Sequence record: DRR723986_576
Length of the DNA: 64,000 nucleotides
Strand: one strand, 5' to 3'
Below the pieces are notes generated by a model, which saw only the letters and a program-made list of their open reading frames with translations, did no database searches and was not told the origin of the DNA. A program made the translations under genes and the position numbers. Shown here in pieces: positions 29,368 to 40,708 of this stretch; position 1 is the stretch's first letter; each line of letters begins with the position of its first letter.

Positions 29368-30483
29368 ATGTCACGCGACGCTCTGTTTACCCCCTTCTCC
29401 TGCAAGTCATTGCAGCTACCCAATCGCCTGGCCATGGCACCGATGACGCGCTCGCACTCGCCCGGCGGTATTGTCTCCGATGCCATGCGCGGCTACTACC
29501 AGCGTCGCGCCGAAGGCGGCGTCGGCCTGATCATCTCCGAGGGAACCGGCATTGGCCGCCCCGGCGCGCTCAACGACGCCAAGGTTCCCCGTTTTCACGG
29601 CGAAGCCGAGCTCGCCGCGTGGCAGCAGGTTGTCGAAGCGGTACACGATGCCGGTGGCCACTTTGCCCCCCAGCTTTGGCACGTGGGCGCGATGCGGGCC
29701 GCGGGCGGCGCCGAGCGTATTGACGACGCGCTATTAGAAAGCCCGTCAGGGATTCCCTCACCCGGAAAAACCCGTGGCCGCGTCATGTCCGACAGCGACA
29801 TTGCCGACACCATTGATGCCTTTGCCCAAGCGGCCCTCGCCGCGAAGCAAATCGGCTGCGACGCCGCCGAGTTTCACGGCGCCCACGGCTACCTGATTGA
29901 TGAATTTTTCTGGGGGCCGACCAACCAGCGCGACGACAAATATGGCGGCAAGACCCTGGTAGAGCGCAGCCGCTTTGCGGTGGAGATTCTCAAAGCGGCA
30001 CGTGCAGCGGTGGGTGAAGACTTTGCGCTAATCCTGCGAATTTCCCAGTGGAAGCAACAGGACTATCAGGCCCGACTCGCCGACACCCCCGAGGAAATGG
30101 CCGCCTGGCTTGGGGCGCTGAGCGACGCCGGGGCCGATATTTTCCACTGTTCACAGCGCCGCTTTTGGGAACCGGAGTTTGAGGGGTCGTCACTGAATTT
30201 TGCCGGCTGGGCGAAGAAGCTGACCGGCAAACCCACTATCAGCGTCGGCTCGGTTGGCCTTGAGGGCGACTTCCTCGACACACTAGCCAAAGGGATGTCA
30301 TCTGAGCGCGACCAGCACCAGCGCATGGACGAACTCGAGCAGCGCATGAGCGACGGCGAGTTCGACCTGATCGCGGTTGGCCGGGCACTGCTGCAAGACC
30401 CCAATTGGGTCGCCAAGTTGCGCGATGGCCGCGAAGACGAGCTGCAAAGCTTTGATGTGAAGTCGATGATGGCCCTGAGCTAG
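29368..30483 (+). CDS. NADH:flavin oxidoreductase (Old Yellow Enzyme family)
   Basis: NRLAMAPMTR, QLWHVG, HGAHGYLID, NQRDDKYGG and AVGRALL. Confidence 0.93.
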   Translation: MSRDALFTPFSCKSLQLPNRLAMAPMTRSHSPGGIVSDAMRGYYQRRAEGGVGLIISEGTGIGRPGALNDAKVPRFHGEAELAAWQQVVEAVHDAGGHFAPQLWHVGAMRAAGGAERIDDALLESPSGIPSPGKTRGRVMSDSDIADTIDAFAQAALAAKQIGCDAAEFHGAHGYLIDEFFWGPTNQRDDKYGGKTLVERSRFAVEILKAARAAVGEDFALILRISQWKQQDYQARLADTPEEMAAWLGALSDAGADIFHCSQRRFWEPEFEGSSLNFAGWAKKLTGKPTISVGSVGLEGDFLDTLAKGMSSERDQHQRMDELEQRMSDGEFDLIAVGRALLQDPNWVAKLRDGREDELQSFDVKSMMALS

Positions 30484-30489
30484 AGCGCT

Positions 30490-31164
30490 TTACAAAAGGC
30501 CGCGCTCCGCCAGGGAAATCACCTCGGGGCCGGCCACAATGCAGTGATCTAACAAACGAATATCCAACAGCTGCACAGCCTCGCGGATGCGGGCCGTGAT
30601 TCGCACATCGGCGTCGCTGGGCTCGGCGACCCCACTGGGGTGGTTGTGGGCAACTATTATCGCCGCGGCATTTAGCTCCAGAGCGCGACGGGCAATCTCC
30701 CGCGGGTAGACAGCGGCGCCGTCAATCGTGCCAAAAAACAGCGGCTCATAGGCAATCAGCGCATGCTGGTTGTCCAGATATAGCACCGCAAAAACCTCAC
30801 GCCGCTCGCCGCGTAACTGGGCGCACAAATACTGTTTCGTCGCGGCCGCGCTGGCGAACACCTGCTCGCGCTGAAGGGCCTCAGCCAAATAGCGGCGGGA
30901 CATCTCAATCACAGCCTGCAGCTGAACGTACTTGGCGTCGCCCAGCCCCTTTGACTGGCAGAAGCGCTGCTGGGAGGCCGACATCAGCGCCGCCAGCCCC
31001 TCGTGCTCCGCCAACAACTCCCGCGCGAGATCAACCGCCGACTTGCCGCGTACGCCGGTTCGCAGAAAAATGGCGAGCAACTCGGCATCGGACAGCGCCT
31101 GGGCGCCACGCTGCAACAGTTTTTCACGGGGCCGTTCATCCGCGGGCCAATCACAGATTGCCAT
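30490..31164 (-). CDS. radC: RadC/YicR JAB-domain protein
   Basis: RPREKLL...[15 protein letters not shown] and LLDH; start set at MAICDWP (31164). Confidence 0.95.
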   Translation of the reverse strand: MAICDWPADERPREKLLQRGAQALSDAELLAIFLRTGVRGKSAVDLARELLAEHEGLAALMSASQQRFCQSKGLGDAKYVQLQAVIEMSRRYLAEALQREQVFASAAATKQYLCAQLRGERREVFAVLYLDNQHALIAYEPLFFGTIDGAAVYPREIARRALELNAAAIIVAHNHPSGVAEPSDADVRITARIREAVQLLDIRLLDHCIVAGPEVISLAERGLL

Positions 31165-31278
31165 ACCACCCTCCTTGGTGATGCTGCAAAGCAAAGCGAT
31201 GTTTATGGACGCTCCGCCTAGTGCCAATCGCCTTGAAAGTTCATAATAGCGGCTTTATTGGCAATATCGAGCCCAGGC

Positions 31279-32496
31279 ATGAAGCAGCTCAGTAATCGAC
31301 AAATCCTTCTCGGCATCACTGGTGGCATCGCCGCCTACAAAAGCGCCGAGCTAGTGCGCCGCCTCAAAGATCACGGCGCCGATGTGCGAGTGGTAATGAC
31401 GGCCGCCGCAATGGAGTTCATTACCCCGCTCACCCTTCAAGCGCTGTCGGGCAACCCGGTGCACACGGCACTGCTCGACCCCGAAGCCGAAGCCGGTATG
31501 GGCCACATTGAACTGGCGCGCTGGGCGGACTTGATCCTCGTCGCACCGGCCAGCGCCGACTTTATGGCGCGCCTGGCAAGCGGCCGCGGCGACGACTTAC
31601 TGACCACCCTGTGCCTGGCAACACCCGCGCCCATCGCGCTGGCCCCGGCAATGAACCAGGGGATGTGGCGCGACCCCGCAACCCAGGCGAACGCCGACAC
31701 GCTGCGCCAACGCGGTGTCGCCCTGTTCGGCCCCGCAGCCGGAGAACAAGCCTGCGGCGATATTGGCCCCGGCCGCATGCTCGAAGCCGAGCAACTGGCA
31801 GAGCTGGCAGCCGGGTTATTTAACAGCCGCGCGCTGGACGGTATTTCCCTGAGCATTACCGCCGGCCCCACGCGCGAAGCGATTGATCCGGTTCGCTATA
31901 TCAGCAACCACAGCTCCGGCAAAATGGGCTACGCACTGGCCGAGGCGGCTGCCGACGCCGGTGCCCGCGTCACCTTGATTAGCGGCCCGACCCAGCTGCC
32001 CTGCCCGCCGCGCGTGACACGGGTAGATGTCATCAGCGCCGACGACATGTATCAGGCGAGCATGGCAAATATGGGCAGTTGCGATATTTTCATCGCCTGC
32101 GCCGCGGTCGCAGACTACCGCCCGGCCCACATCGAAGAGCAGAAAATAAAGAAGCAGAACACGTCGATGCATATCGAGCTGGTGCGCAACCCAGATATCG
32201 TTAGCGCTGTAGCCAGCCACGCCCAGCGGCCCTTCACGGTGGGCTTCGCTGCCGAAACGCAAGACGTTATTCACTACGCCAAAGGCAAGCTCGAGAAAAA
32301 GAACCTCGATATGATTATTGCCAATGACGTCTCGGACACACGCATCGGCTTTAATTCTGATGAGAACAGCGTGACGATCATCGACCCCAACGGACAACAA
32401 AAACTGGAGCAGATGGGTAAGCGCCAACTCGCGAAACAATTGATCGACCTTATCGCCGCGCGGTACGCCGAGCAAAAGCGCGATCACAACGGCTGA
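31279..32496 (+). CDS. coaBC: Phosphopantothenoylcysteine decarboxylase/ligase
   Basis: [46 protein letters not shown] and GFAAET. Confidence 0.96.
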   Translation: MKQLSNRQILLGITGGIAAYKSAELVRRLKDHGADVRVVMTAAAMEFITPLTLQALSGNPVHTALLDPEAEAGMGHIELARWADLILVAPASADFMARLASGRGDDLLTTLCLATPAPIALAPAMNQGMWRDPATQANADTLRQRGVALFGPAAGEQACGDIGPGRMLEAEQLAELAAGLFNSRALDGISLSITAGPTREAIDPVRYISNHSSGKMGYALAEAAADAGARVTLISGPTQLPCPPRVTRVDVISADDMYQASMANMGSCDIFIACAAVADYRPAHIEEQKIKKQNTSMHIELVRNPDIVSAVASHAQRPFTVGFAAETQDVIHYAKGKLEKKNLDMIIANDVSDTRIGFNSDENSVTIIDPNGQQKLEQMGKRQLAKQLIDLIAARYAEQKRDHNG

Positions 32497-32602
32497 GGCG
32501 GGCAAAGATTCTCCGCTTGTGCCGCCTTTCGCTAGACAGCAGCCCAATGCACTACCATGATGAAAGTTCTAAACCAACTTTTGCAGAAGATCAGCCAGGC
32601 CC

Positions 32603-35077
32603 ATGACAAAAAAGCGTAGCGCCAAAGCGGCCGTTAAATTTCCACTTTCTCCTGCGCGCAGAGATATTCTCGCCTCCGGTATTGTCTGCGCCGCGCTGAT
32701 TATCGGCGCGTTCTACTGGATCCAAACCATCGAGCTGCCGCGCAGCCTGAATCAAAACGTTATTGGTGTTACCAGCAATATCGCCGAACACCAGCGCAAA
32801 GTCGTTATTGATGTTGTCGACTCCATCGGCAAGCGGGTTAGCGCCCAGGCCGCAAGTCCCGCCATCGCCGAGGCACTGATCCGCGGAGATCAACAGCGGC
32901 TTAAGCAGCAGGAGCGCGACCTGCAACGCAGCTTCCCCGCGGCAATAGATGCCAAACTTATTCAGCTGGGCGATCAGGGTATCGCCGACGAGCGCAGCCA
33001 AACGGATCGGCTGCGCAACCACATAGAAATAGACATGCTGCGCAAAGCCACTGACACCGGCAAGCTCACCATAGAAGCCTACCGCCACGACGGCCAGTGG
33101 ATCATCTCGATGTTGCAGCAAGTGAATGCACGCGGCGCCATTATCGTTAGCTTTGATAGCCAATTTTTTGCGCGCATCCTGCGAAATATTGCAGGCACCA
33201 GCGTGCACAGCGAGTTGGTGCAGCGCTACAAAGACCGAGAAGACATCGTCATTGCCGCTGACTCAAAGCAATTTAGCGAGTATATGGTGAGCCGGAACCT
33301 ACCCGTGCCCGGCTGGACATTGCATGTGCTGCCGCAGTCGGCAATGCTAGAGACACTGCGCGTCGACGGTACACTTATTTGGCTTGCGGGCTTGCTTTGC
33401 CTTGGCATCATCGTCGGCAGCCACAGCATTTTCTTTCTTCGCGCCGATCAACAGCAAAGCAGCCCAGCGCCGCAACCCGCCCCTGCCGCCAAGTCACCGC
33501 CACCCAGCCTCGAGCAGCAGCTGGCCCGCAAACTGGCTGCGCGAAAGCCCAGTGAAAGCGACCAAGGTACGGCGCCATTTAACCCCCAAGGCAGCCTAAC
33601 CCCGCCCCTCCCCGAAGCGGCACCACTGCGGAAAAAAGCCGCCGCGCACGCCGAGCCTCCTGCTCCCCAGCCAGCGACAGATACAGAGCCGGAAGAGAGC
33701 GGCCCGGCTTTGGCATTGAACTGCTTTCGCGCCTATGACATCCGCGGCATTGCCGACCGCGACCTTAGCGACGCGCACTGCGTGCAAATTGGCCTGGCGC
33801 TGGGCAGCGAGGCCCAGGCGCGCGGCCACAGCAAAATGCTGCTGGGGCGCGATGGCCGCAACAGCAGCCCACGCATTCGCGAAGCCTTACTCAAAGGCCT
33901 GTTAGGCAGTGGCGTTGATGTTGTCGATTTAGGCATTATCGCGACGCCCATGCTCAACTTCGCCTGCTACGACCTGAATATTGGCAGCGCCGTAATGATC
34001 ACCGGCAGCCACAACCCCGCTGACCACAATGGCATGAAAATGCTGTTGGATTTTCAGAGCCTCACGAGCGACGACATACAGTCCTTGGCGCGACGCATTG
34101 AAAGCCAGAATTTCGCCAGTGGTGACGGCCAACTCAGCAACGACAGCATTGAGCAGCGCTACATCGACCGAATATGCAGTGATGTCGTGGTCGCACAGAG
34201 TTTGAAAGTGGTTATCGACGCCGGCAATGGCGCCACCGCCAACATTGTTGTGCCACTGTTTGAAGAACTGGGCTGCGAGGTGGTGCCGCTGTTCTGCAAC
34301 ATCGACGGCAGCTTTCCCAACCGCGACCCCGACCCCACTATCCCGGAGCACCTGGATGCTCTCGCCGCGGCGGTTAGCGAGCACCAGGCGGATATCGGCA
34401 TCGCCTTTGACGGCGACGGCGATCGCGTAGCAGTAATAAGCGCCAGTGGCCGACGCCCCCGCGCCGACGAATTACTGATGCTGCTCGCCGACGACATGGT
34501 GAGCCGCAACCCCGGCTGCGAGGTGTTGTTCGACGTAAAATGCAGCCGGCTGCTCAGCCAGCTTATTGTGAATCACGGCGGCCGCCCCACCATGTGGAAA
34601 TGCGGCCACTCGCATATGAAGCGCAAGATGGCCGACAGCGATGCACTGCTCGGCGGCGAGTTCAGCGGCCACATCTTCTTTAAAGAGCGCTGGTATGGCT
34701 TTGATGATGGCATGTACGCGGCAGCGCGCCTGCTTGAAGCGCTCACGCTGGCCGGCACCACCCTCGACGACGAACTGGCCGGCTATCCGAGCTTGCACAG
34801 TAGCCCGGAGATACTGATCGCCGTGGACGACGAGCGAAAATTCTCGCTGGTGCAAAGCTTCGCGAATCACGCCAAGTTTGACGACGCCCAGCTTATCGAC
34901 ATTGACGGCCTGCGCTACGAATTTCGCAATGGCTGGGGCTTATTGCGCGCCTCGAATACCGGGCCGGCAATCTCCCTGCGCTTTGAAGCAGACAGCCCAG
35001 CCGCCCTGGATGGAATTCGTGAAAGCTTCGCACAAACTCTGGCGAAGATTGATCCGACCCTGGCAGATGGTCTTTAA
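32603..35077 (+). CDS. algC: Phosphomannomutase/phosphoglucomutase with N-terminal membrane/periplasmic extension
   Basis: C-terminal ~450 aa carries FRAYDIRG, TGSHNP, FDGDGDR, GEFSGH and RASNT. The N-terminal part has two TM segments and a Pro-rich linker. Confidence 0.88.
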   Translation: MTKKRSAKAAVKFPLSPARRDILASGIVCAALIIGAFYWIQTIELPRSLNQNVIGVTSNIAEHQRKVVIDVVDSIGKRVSAQAASPAIAEALIRGDQQRLKQQERDLQRSFPAAIDAKLIQLGDQGIADERSQTDRLRNHIEIDMLRKATDTGKLTIEAYRHDGQWIISMLQQVNARGAIIVSFDSQFFARILRNIAGTSVHSELVQRYKDREDIVIAADSKQFSEYMVSRNLPVPGWTLHVLPQSAMLETLRVDGTLIWLAGLLCLGIIVGSHSIFFLRADQQQSSPAPQPAPAAKSPPPSLEQQLARKLAARKPSESDQGTAPFNPQGSLTPPLPEAAPLRKKAAAHAEPPAPQPATDTEPEESGPALALNCFRAYDIRGIADRDLSDAHCVQIGLALGSEAQARGHSKMLLGRDGRNSSPRIREALLKGLLGSGVDVVDLGIIATPMLNFACYDLNIGSAVMITGSHNPADHNGMKMLLDFQSLTSDDIQSLARRIESQNFASGDGQLSNDSIEQRYIDRICSDVVVAQSLKVVIDAGNGATANIVVPLFEELGCEVVPLFCNIDGSFPNRDPDPTIPEHLDALAAAVSEHQADIGIAFDGDGDRVAVISASGRRPRADELLMLLADDMVSRNPGCEVLFDVKCSRLLSQLIVNHGGRPTMWKCGHSHMKRKMADSDALLGGEFSGHIFFKERWYGFDDGMYAAARLLEALTLAGTTLDDELAGYPSLHSSPEILIAVDDERKFSLVQSFANHAKFDDAQLIDIDGLRYEFRNGWGLLRASNTGPAISLRFEADSPAALDGIRESFAQTLAKIDPTLADGL

Positions 35078-35105
35078 TAGTCACCCTTTTTATACGGCCG
35101 ACTAA

Positions 35106-36053
<948 letters not shown>

Positions 36054-36061
36054 GGCAGGCC

Positions 36062-36310
36062 ATGACTAAGCGACCTTCTCGCCGCGACGAAATTCTGCAA
36101 TCTCTGGCCACCATGCTGGAAAGTCAGCCGGGCAGCCGTATTACCACGGCAAAACTGGCTGCTGAAGTCGGAGTTTCCGAGGCGGCGCTATACCGCCACT
36201 TCCCCAGCAAGGCGAAGATGTTTGAAGGCCTCTTCCACCTCGAACAATTCCGCGTTGCGTCGCTCAAGGTCGCTCTCAGTAGCACTGACTTCGCGACGCA
36301 AGTCATTTAG
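36062..36310 (+). pseudogene. slmA: Nucleoid occlusion factor SlmA, 3'-truncated (N-terminal HTH only)
   Basis: [32 protein letters not shown] is the SlmA HTH in the usual post-argB position. Homology ends at about 36231 and the ORF is 82 aa versus about 200. Confidence 0.8.
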
Positions 36311-36811
36311 CGTTTTCGCCAGCGCCTCTGGCACTGGGCGACCGCGGCGCTCCTGTTCGGCCGCTTCCGACTGATTCTTTCTAACCTTGCCTTTCAGCGC
36401 CGACAAATTGCTCTTCAGTATCGAAATACGTACCCGTATATCGTTGAGTGCGCGCGCCTTGGCGTGGTCAATATCGGCGGTGTCGCTGTAACGCAGCAAC
36501 AGGGACTCATCCCAAGCTCGCATTTTTTCCTCGGCTTCAGCTCGCGCTTTTGCCACCGCTTTCTCGCGCTCCCACGCCTCCCGCTCGGCGCCGGTCAGCT
36601 GCGCGGCCACACTCTTCACTACACTGCCGTCAGCGCGGATCACATCGTAGCCGCGCGGCACGACATCAGGTGGCAGGCGATCGAGGATAACCACCTTATT
36701 GTTGGCATCGACATAGCGATAAAACAGCTTCTCTGCCGCCAGGGCAGGCGCGCTCACTACGGCCAACGCGAGGCATAGTGGGCTGAGAAACCGTAACGAC
36801 CAACAAGGCAT
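36188..36811 (-). CDS. Exported coiled-coil protein (DUF4124-like N-terminus); C-terminus apparently replaced by antisense slmA sequence
   Basis: Signal peptide, FYRYVD, LLLRYSD and long heptad region; the last ~12 codons read antisense through slmA. Confidence 0.65.
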   Translation of the reverse strand: MPCWSLRFLSPLCLALAVVSAPALAAEKLFYRYVDANNKVVILDRLPPDVVPRGYDVIRADGSVVKSVAAQLTGAEREAWEREKAVAKARAEAEEKMRAWDESLLLRYSDTADIDHAKARALNDIRVRISILKSNLSALKGKVRKNQSEAAEQERRGRPVPEALAKTLNDLRREVSATESDLERRNAELFEVEEAFKHLRLAGEVAV

Positions 36812-36839
36812 AAACTCTCACTCTCCTGTTTTTTGTGAA

Positions 36840-37493
36840 CTATAACGACACACCGTAGCGCTCACGATACGCACTTACCCTAGATACTAGTTCAGGATCG
36901 CCTGCACCGGCATTCAGATACTCAACAATATCGTTAAGGCCAACAATACTAATGACTGCCAGGTCGCGCTCGCGTTCCAGCTCCTGAATCGCCGACAGCT
37001 CTCCCTTGCCGCGCTCCTGGCGGTCGAGACCAATCGCCACCGCCGCCACGCTGGCGCCCGCGGCTTCGATCATTGTAATGGCCTCGCGTATCGCCGTACC
37101 CGCAGTAATCACGTCGTCAATAATCAATACTCGGCCCTGCAGCGCCGCGCCCACCAACGTACCGCCCTCGCCATGGTCTTTGGCTTCTTTGCGGTTATAG
37201 GCAAAGGGAATGTCGATATTGTGGCGCTCTGCAAGTGCACAGGCTGTTGCCGCAGCCAGAGGAATCCCCTTGTATGCCGGGCCAAACAACACGTCGAACT
37301 GCACCCCCGAGTCCACAATGGCGTCGGCATAGCAGGCCGCCAATGCGCTTAAGGCGCCACCGCTGCTAAAACGGCCGGCGTTAAAGAAATACGGGCTGAC
37401 ACGTCCCGACTTCAGGGTGAATTCACCAAAACACAGCGCATCGCTGTCGATGGCCTGGCGGATAAACTGCTGCTGAAAAGGCTTAATACTCAT
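36840..37493 (-). CDS. pyrE: Orotate phosphoribosyltransferase
   Basis: [37 protein letters not shown] and [11 protein letters not shown]. Confidence 0.97.
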   Translation of the reverse strand: MSIKPFQQQFIRQAIDSDALCFGEFTLKSGRVSPYFFNAGRFSSGGALSALAACYADAIVDSGVQFDVLFGPAYKGIPLAAATACALAERHNIDIPFAYNRKEAKDHGEGGTLVGAALQGRVLIIDDVITAGTAIREAITMIEAAGASVAAVAIGLDRQERGKGELSAIQELERERDLAVISIVGLNDIVEYLNAGAGDPELVSRVSAYRERYGVSL

Positions 37494-37650
37494 GGGCGGC
37501 TACGACTCATCTCACAAAAGCTGGACTGTAGAGCCCCTTATTGTACGCACCGCGGTGGCCGCGGCCCAGAGCGAAGCGCGGGCATTGTAGGCAAAACTCC
37601 GCGGAACGCCCTCAATCATGGTGTTTTTGCCGACATTCACGTCCAATTGA

Positions 37651-37679
37651 TTGTCGTAAAAAGGGTTTCATTGTAGTCT
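37651..37679 (+). promoter_or_regulatory. Putative sigma70 promoter for crc
   Basis: TTGTCG-17 nt-TAGTCT, implying a leader of about 160 nt. Confidence 0.45.
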
Positions 37680-37845
37680 AAACACCTGTTTAGTACGGAC
37701 TTTGCAAGTGTCGATCTCGTCGCATCGCAATCTCCTTTAGAGGCTTGCAACGCACACAGCACGGCCTACTCTGCCCCAATAATGGCGGGCGACAGTATCG
37801 TTGAATAAGGGCATCAGGCCCGCTTAGTAGACACACGGGAAGCAC

Positions 37846-38628
37846 ATGAGAATCATCAGCTTTTGCGCTGACAGCATCACTGATGCTGCGGAAAGAGGCT
37901 TTTTTGACTGGGTCGTCAAGCAGGACGCGGATATCATCTGCCTGCAAAACCTGGGTATAGCCGAGTACAAGCTTCGCGACGACGTCTTCTTCCCCCGCGA
38001 GTATAACCCGTACTTTTTCGATGCCGCCGATGGCAAAAGTAACGGTGTCGCGATTTACTGCAAACAGCTACCCAAAGCCATTATGACTGGCCTCGGCTTC
38101 ATGGATTTCGATATGGATGGCCTCTACATCCAGGCCGATTTCGACAATATCAGCATCGGCAGCCTGCTGGCACCCAGCGTCCCCGACGGCGACAGCGAGG
38201 CGCAGATCCGCAAAAATAACTTCTTTGAGCAGTACTACAACCACCTGCACAAGGTCCGCAACAAGCGCCGCGACTTCGTCATTTGCGGCAACTGGGGCAT
38301 CGCCCACAAAAGCATTGATATTCAGGATGTGAAGGGCAACCACGGCGTATCAGGCAGCCTTACTGAAGAGCAGCAGTGGATGGAACGCTTGTTCCATGAA
38401 GAACACTACGCTGACGCCTTCCGCCTGGTGAATACCGATGCCGATGAGTTCAGCTATTGGCCCGACGGCGAGCCAGGCAAAAACGGCTGGCGCGTAGACT
38501 ATCAGGTGGTGTCAGAAAGGCTGATTCCGCGCGTTGAGTACGGCGCCATCTACAAAGTGCAGCAATTCGGCAAGCACGCGCCGGTAATCATGGATTACGA
38601 CTACGAATTGCCAGAAAGCGCCTTTTAA
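37846..38628 (+). CDS. crc: Crc-like catabolite repression control protein (ExoIII fold, catalytic residues lost)
   Basis: Lies between pyrE and rph as in Pseudomonas. MRIIS, PKAIMTGLGF, QADFD, GWRVDYQ and HAPVIMDYD motifs; LQN and CGN replace ExoIII LQE and GD. Confidence 0.75.
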   Translation: MRIISFCADSITDAAERGFFDWVVKQDADIICLQNLGIAEYKLRDDVFFPREYNPYFFDAADGKSNGVAIYCKQLPKAIMTGLGFMDFDMDGLYIQADFDNISIGSLLAPSVPDGDSEAQIRKNNFFEQYYNHLHKVRNKRRDFVICGNWGIAHKSIDIQDVKGNHGVSGSLTEEQQWMERLFHEEHYADAFRLVNTDADEFSYWPDGEPGKNGWRVDYQVVSERLIPRVEYGAIYKVQQFGKHAPVIMDYDYELPESAF

Positions 38629-38636
38629 GCTTATAA

Positions 38637-38661
38637 GCGGCGGAGGCTGAGCCTCCGCCGC
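38637..38661. terminator. GC-rich hairpin between convergent crc and rph
   Basis: GCGGCGGAGGC-TGA-GCCTCCGCCGC, an 11-bp stem with weak U tracts. Confidence 0.6.
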
Positions 38662-38668
38662 ACGCCCG

Positions 38669-39394
38669 CTACTCCGCTAAAGCGGCCTGCTGCGCCGCGA
38701 TCAACTCGGCGATACCCTTCTCTGCCAAATCCAGCATCGCATTCATTTCATTGCGATTGAAAGTTGCACCCTCAGCGGTTCCCTGCACTTCAATTATGCC
38801 GCCCGCCTCGTCCATGACCACATTCATATCGGTCTCTGCTGACGAGTCTTCAATGTAGTCCAGGTCCAACACTGGCTGACCTTCATAAACCCCAACGGAA
38901 ACCGCAGCCACCATTTGCTTGAGGGGGTCAGCGCTGATCGCGCCGCTGCGCTGCAAATGCCGAATGGCATCAACCAATGCAACGCCAGCGCCAGTAATGG
39001 ATGCTGTGCGCGTGCCGCCATCAGCTTGGATAACATCGCAGTCCAGCGTAATGGTGTGCTCACCCAGCAAGCTCAAATCCACCGCGGCACGCAACGAGCG
39101 GCCAATTAAACGCTGAATTTCCTGAGTGCGGCCCGACTGCTTACCGCGCGCCGCCTCGCGCCCCATCCGACTGCCGGTACTGCGCGGCAACATGCCGTAT
39201 TCAGCCGTGATCCAGCCCTGTCCCTTGCCGCGCAAAAACGGCGGAACGCTAGCATCAACCGAGGCCGTACACAGCACCTTCGTTGCACCGGTTTCGATCA
39301 AGACAGAACCCTCGGCGTGACAGGTGTAGTTGCGGGTAATACGCAGCTCGCGTTTTTCATCGGCGCTGCGGCCACTCGGTCGAACAAAACTCAT
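38669..39394 (-). CDS. rph: Ribonuclease PH
   Basis: [33 protein letters not shown] and [13 protein letters not shown]; start set at 39394. Confidence 0.97.
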   Translation of the reverse strand: MSFVRPSGRSADEKRELRITRNYTCHAEGSVLIETGATKVLCTASVDASVPPFLRGKGQGWITAEYGMLPRSTGSRMGREAARGKQSGRTQEIQRLIGRSLRAAVDLSLLGEHTITLDCDVIQADGGTRTASITGAGVALVDAIRHLQRSGAISADPLKQMVAAVSVGVYEGQPVLDLDYIEDSSAETDMNVVMDEAGGIIEVQGTAEGATFNRNEMNAMLDLAEKGIAELIAAQQAALAE

Positions 39395-39516
39395 AGCAAT
39401 CTCCTCTACTGAAGCGCGACAGTATACCTGCCGCACAGGCACTGAAGCGAAACCCGTTTCCCGCTACAATGCCAAGCCTGCGTATCAATACCGTGACAAG
39501 ACGCTACTAACAGGGG

Positions 39517-40389
39517 ATGCCCGTGACTATTTGCAGTATGACCGCCTTCGCCCACCGCCGCAGTGAACATGACTGGGGTACCGCCATCTGGGAGTTGCGC
39601 TCCGTCAATCACCGCTACCTGGAGCTGTCGTTTAAACTCCCCGAGAACTGGCGCCAGTTGGAACCAGAGCTGCGCGATCGGCTGCGCAAGACGCTGCAAC
39701 GCGGCAAAGTGGAATGCTCGCTGCGTATTAACCTGCAAGAACAAGAGCAAAGCCTGACGCTTAACCAAGAGCTGGCCGAGCAGCTGCTCAACACTGCAAA
39801 CGCCCTGCGGGCCGATATTGCCCATGCTGCGCCTATCAACGTACTAGAAGTATTGCGCTGGCCTGGCGTCATGCAAAATGCCCAGGTCGACAGCGACACC
39901 ATTAGCAAGGCGCTGTTGACCAGCTTTGAGCAAGCCCTGCAAGACCAATGCGACAATCGCCAGCGCGAAGGCCTGGCACTCGCCGACCTGATCGAGCAAC
40001 GCCTCGTCAGCATTGACAGCATCGTCGCCGATTTACGTCAGCGCATGCCGGAAATCGTCAGCGGACAGCGGGATAAACTTCGCCAGCGACTCGCCGACCT
40101 GAAAGCGGAGCTCGACGCCGAACGGCTCGAACAGGAAATGGCCCTCATAGCCCAGAAAGCCGATGTCGACGAAGAACTCGACCGCCTCGACACCCACGTA
40201 AAAGAAGTGCGCCGCGTACTCAAAAAAGGCGGCGCAGTGGGTCGTCGGCTCGACTTCTTAATGCAGGAACTCAACCGCGAGGCCAACACCCTGTCTTCCA
40301 AAGCCGTTGTTGCCGAAAGCACCCAGGCCGCAGTTGAACTGAAAGTGCTGATCGAGCAAATGCGCGAACAGATCCAGAATATTGAGTAG
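39517..40389 (+). CDS. yicC: YicC/YloC endoribonuclease
   Basis: SMTAF, RSVNHRYL, GRRLDFLMQELNREANT and REQIQNIE; start may be GTG 39523. Confidence 0.95.
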   Translation: MPVTICSMTAFAHRRSEHDWGTAIWELRSVNHRYLELSFKLPENWRQLEPELRDRLRKTLQRGKVECSLRINLQEQEQSLTLNQELAEQLLNTANALRADIAHAAPINVLEVLRWPGVMQNAQVDSDTISKALLTSFEQALQDQCDNRQREGLALADLIEQRLVSIDSIVADLRQRMPEIVSGQRDKLRQRLADLKAELDAERLEQEMALIAQKADVDEELDRLDTHVKEVRRVLKKGGAVGRRLDFLMQELNREANTLSSKAVVAESTQAAVELKVLIEQMREQIQNIE

Positions 40390-40392
40390 CCC

Positions 40393-40707
40393 CTAAAACC
40401 GCTCAGGTCGTATGACTTCAACATCGGAGATCACGACGATCTCCGCGTAGTCGTCAAAGAACTCTGCGCAGCCTTCGACAATCCGCTCGGCAACCTCATC
40501 GTCGGCGATCACGTTGAGCTGGATGTTTTTCAGCACTAAGCTCAGGTCGTCGGGCTCGCCCTGCCGGCCGTTGAAATCGGCCCCTGAAACATAGTGGTGA
40601 ACGGTGTAACCCGTCGCCCCGGCTTCTTTTATCAACTCCAGCAGCCGATCTAACAACAGCGCTTCGGCGACAATTTCGATACGCTTTTTCCGGTGTCTCT
40701 GCAGCAT
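40393..40707 (-). CDS. PII-like protein (SbtB family)
   Basis: KRIEIV.E, GATGYT and SDVEVIRPERF; directly follows the SbtA-like gene. Confidence 0.8.
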   Translation of the reverse strand: MLQRHRKKRIEIVAEALLLDRLLELIKEAGATGYTVHHYVSGADFNGRQGEPDDLSLVLKNIQLNVIADDEVAERIVEGCAEFFDDYAEIVVISDVEVIRPERF

Positions 40708-40708
40708 G

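Noticed and set aside
30490-31164. radC as a marker of a mobile or defence island
   Set aside because: It is the full-length chromosomal type in its usual place beside coaBC and rpmBG.
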